Positions 7,451-7,796 of a DNA stretch of 7,796 nt are shown piece by piece. Source of the stretch: Naegleria gruberi (taxonomy: Eukaryota); assembly GCA_000004985.1 (NCBI GenBank), contig GG739107.1; one strand, 5' to 3'. The position numbers were made by a program, and so were the translations under genes. The first letter of the stretch is position 1; the number at the start of each line of letters is the position of its first letter. Below the pieces are notes generated by a model, which saw only the letters and a program-made list of their open reading frames with translations, was not told the origin of the DNA and did no database searches.

Positions 7451-7508
7451 GGATGATTGAATATTAAAATGTGGAATGTCAACTGTTGCCATTGCGCATG
7501 TAAAATTA

Positions 7509-7796
7509 TTATTTGACATGGAAGATTGCCGGAGTGGTAACAGTATTATTATTATTACAATTATGATTATTATTAATAGTAGCAGTAGTAGCAGTATTAT
7601 TATTGGATGTAGTATTTGTAGTATTAATATTATTATTGGATGTAGTATTAATAGTAGTGGTGGTATTTAAATGTGGAGTATTATAAACTTCATGGTTACC
7701 ATTTTTAGAGGATGATGACAATGTATGAAAATAATTATCTATTTCCACCATTTCATCACTATTAAAACATGTTTGTAGTATTATATTAGAATTAGA
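7509..7796 (-). CDS. Partial Asn/Thr-rich ORF, open to the window's 3' edge. It may be a separate upstream gene or part of the same locus as 6753..7298.
   Basis: The minus frame is open from 7796 (…SNSNIILQTCFNSDEMVEIDNYFHTLSSSSKNGNHEVYNTPHLNTTTTINTTSNNNINTTNTTSNNNTATTATINNNHNCNNNNTVTTPAIFHVK*) with a TAA stop at 7511..7509. It has the same strand and compositional style as the downstream ORF. Confidence 0.3.
   Translation of the reverse strand, partial: SNSNIILQTCFNSDEMVEIDNYFHTLSSSSKNGNHEVYNTPHLNTTTTINTTSNNNINTTNTTSNNNTATTATINNNHNCNNNNTVTTPAIFHVK

Noticed and set aside
1-7796. Looked for prokaryotic-style systems (defence islands, toxin-antitoxin pairs, CRISPR-Cas, IS or integron structures, operons with RBS).
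   Set aside because: Introns with GT/AG boundaries, A-rich Kozak-like start contexts, poly-Asn coding and extreme AT content show this is a eukaryotic nuclear locus. No ORF here resembles Cas, restriction-modification, Abi or transposase proteins.

Overview
The window is eukaryotic, not prokaryotic. It is about 75-80% A+T, has poly-Asn/Thr/Ser low-complexity coding, AAAAATG start contexts and short AT-rich GTATGT...AG introns. All of this fits a dictyostelid social-amoeba genome (Dictyostelium-like). About 60% of the window (1569..6216, 4648 nt) is a run of N, i.e. an assembly gap. The two roughly 1600-aa 'ORFs' across it are artifacts. The gap truncates two convergent genes.

Supported content:
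1. A two-exon formate/nitrite transporter (FNT) family gene on + (exon 1 39..225, 141-nt tandem-repeat intron 226..366, exon 2 367..1184). The predicted splice junction restores a gapless FNT TM2 region.
2. On + and 106 bp downstream, the first exon (1291..1476) of a Zn(II)2Cys6 binuclear-cluster protein. It ends at a GTATGT donor immediately after the sixth Cys and runs into the gap.
3. On the minus strand, a gene starting at 6455 (AAAAAAAAATG) whose N-terminus looks like a GST N-terminal (thioredoxin-fold) domain. It also runs into the gap.
4. Two N/T/S-rich low-complexity minus-strand ORFs (6753..7298, and 7509..7796 open to the window edge).

I can support no rRNA, tRNA, CRISPR, IS element or defence system here. 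The most system-like observation is the tight tandem pairing of an FNT channel gene with a Zn2Cys6 regulator, which recalls fungal nitrate/nitrite assimilation regulons. This is a hypothesis, not a demonstrated system.
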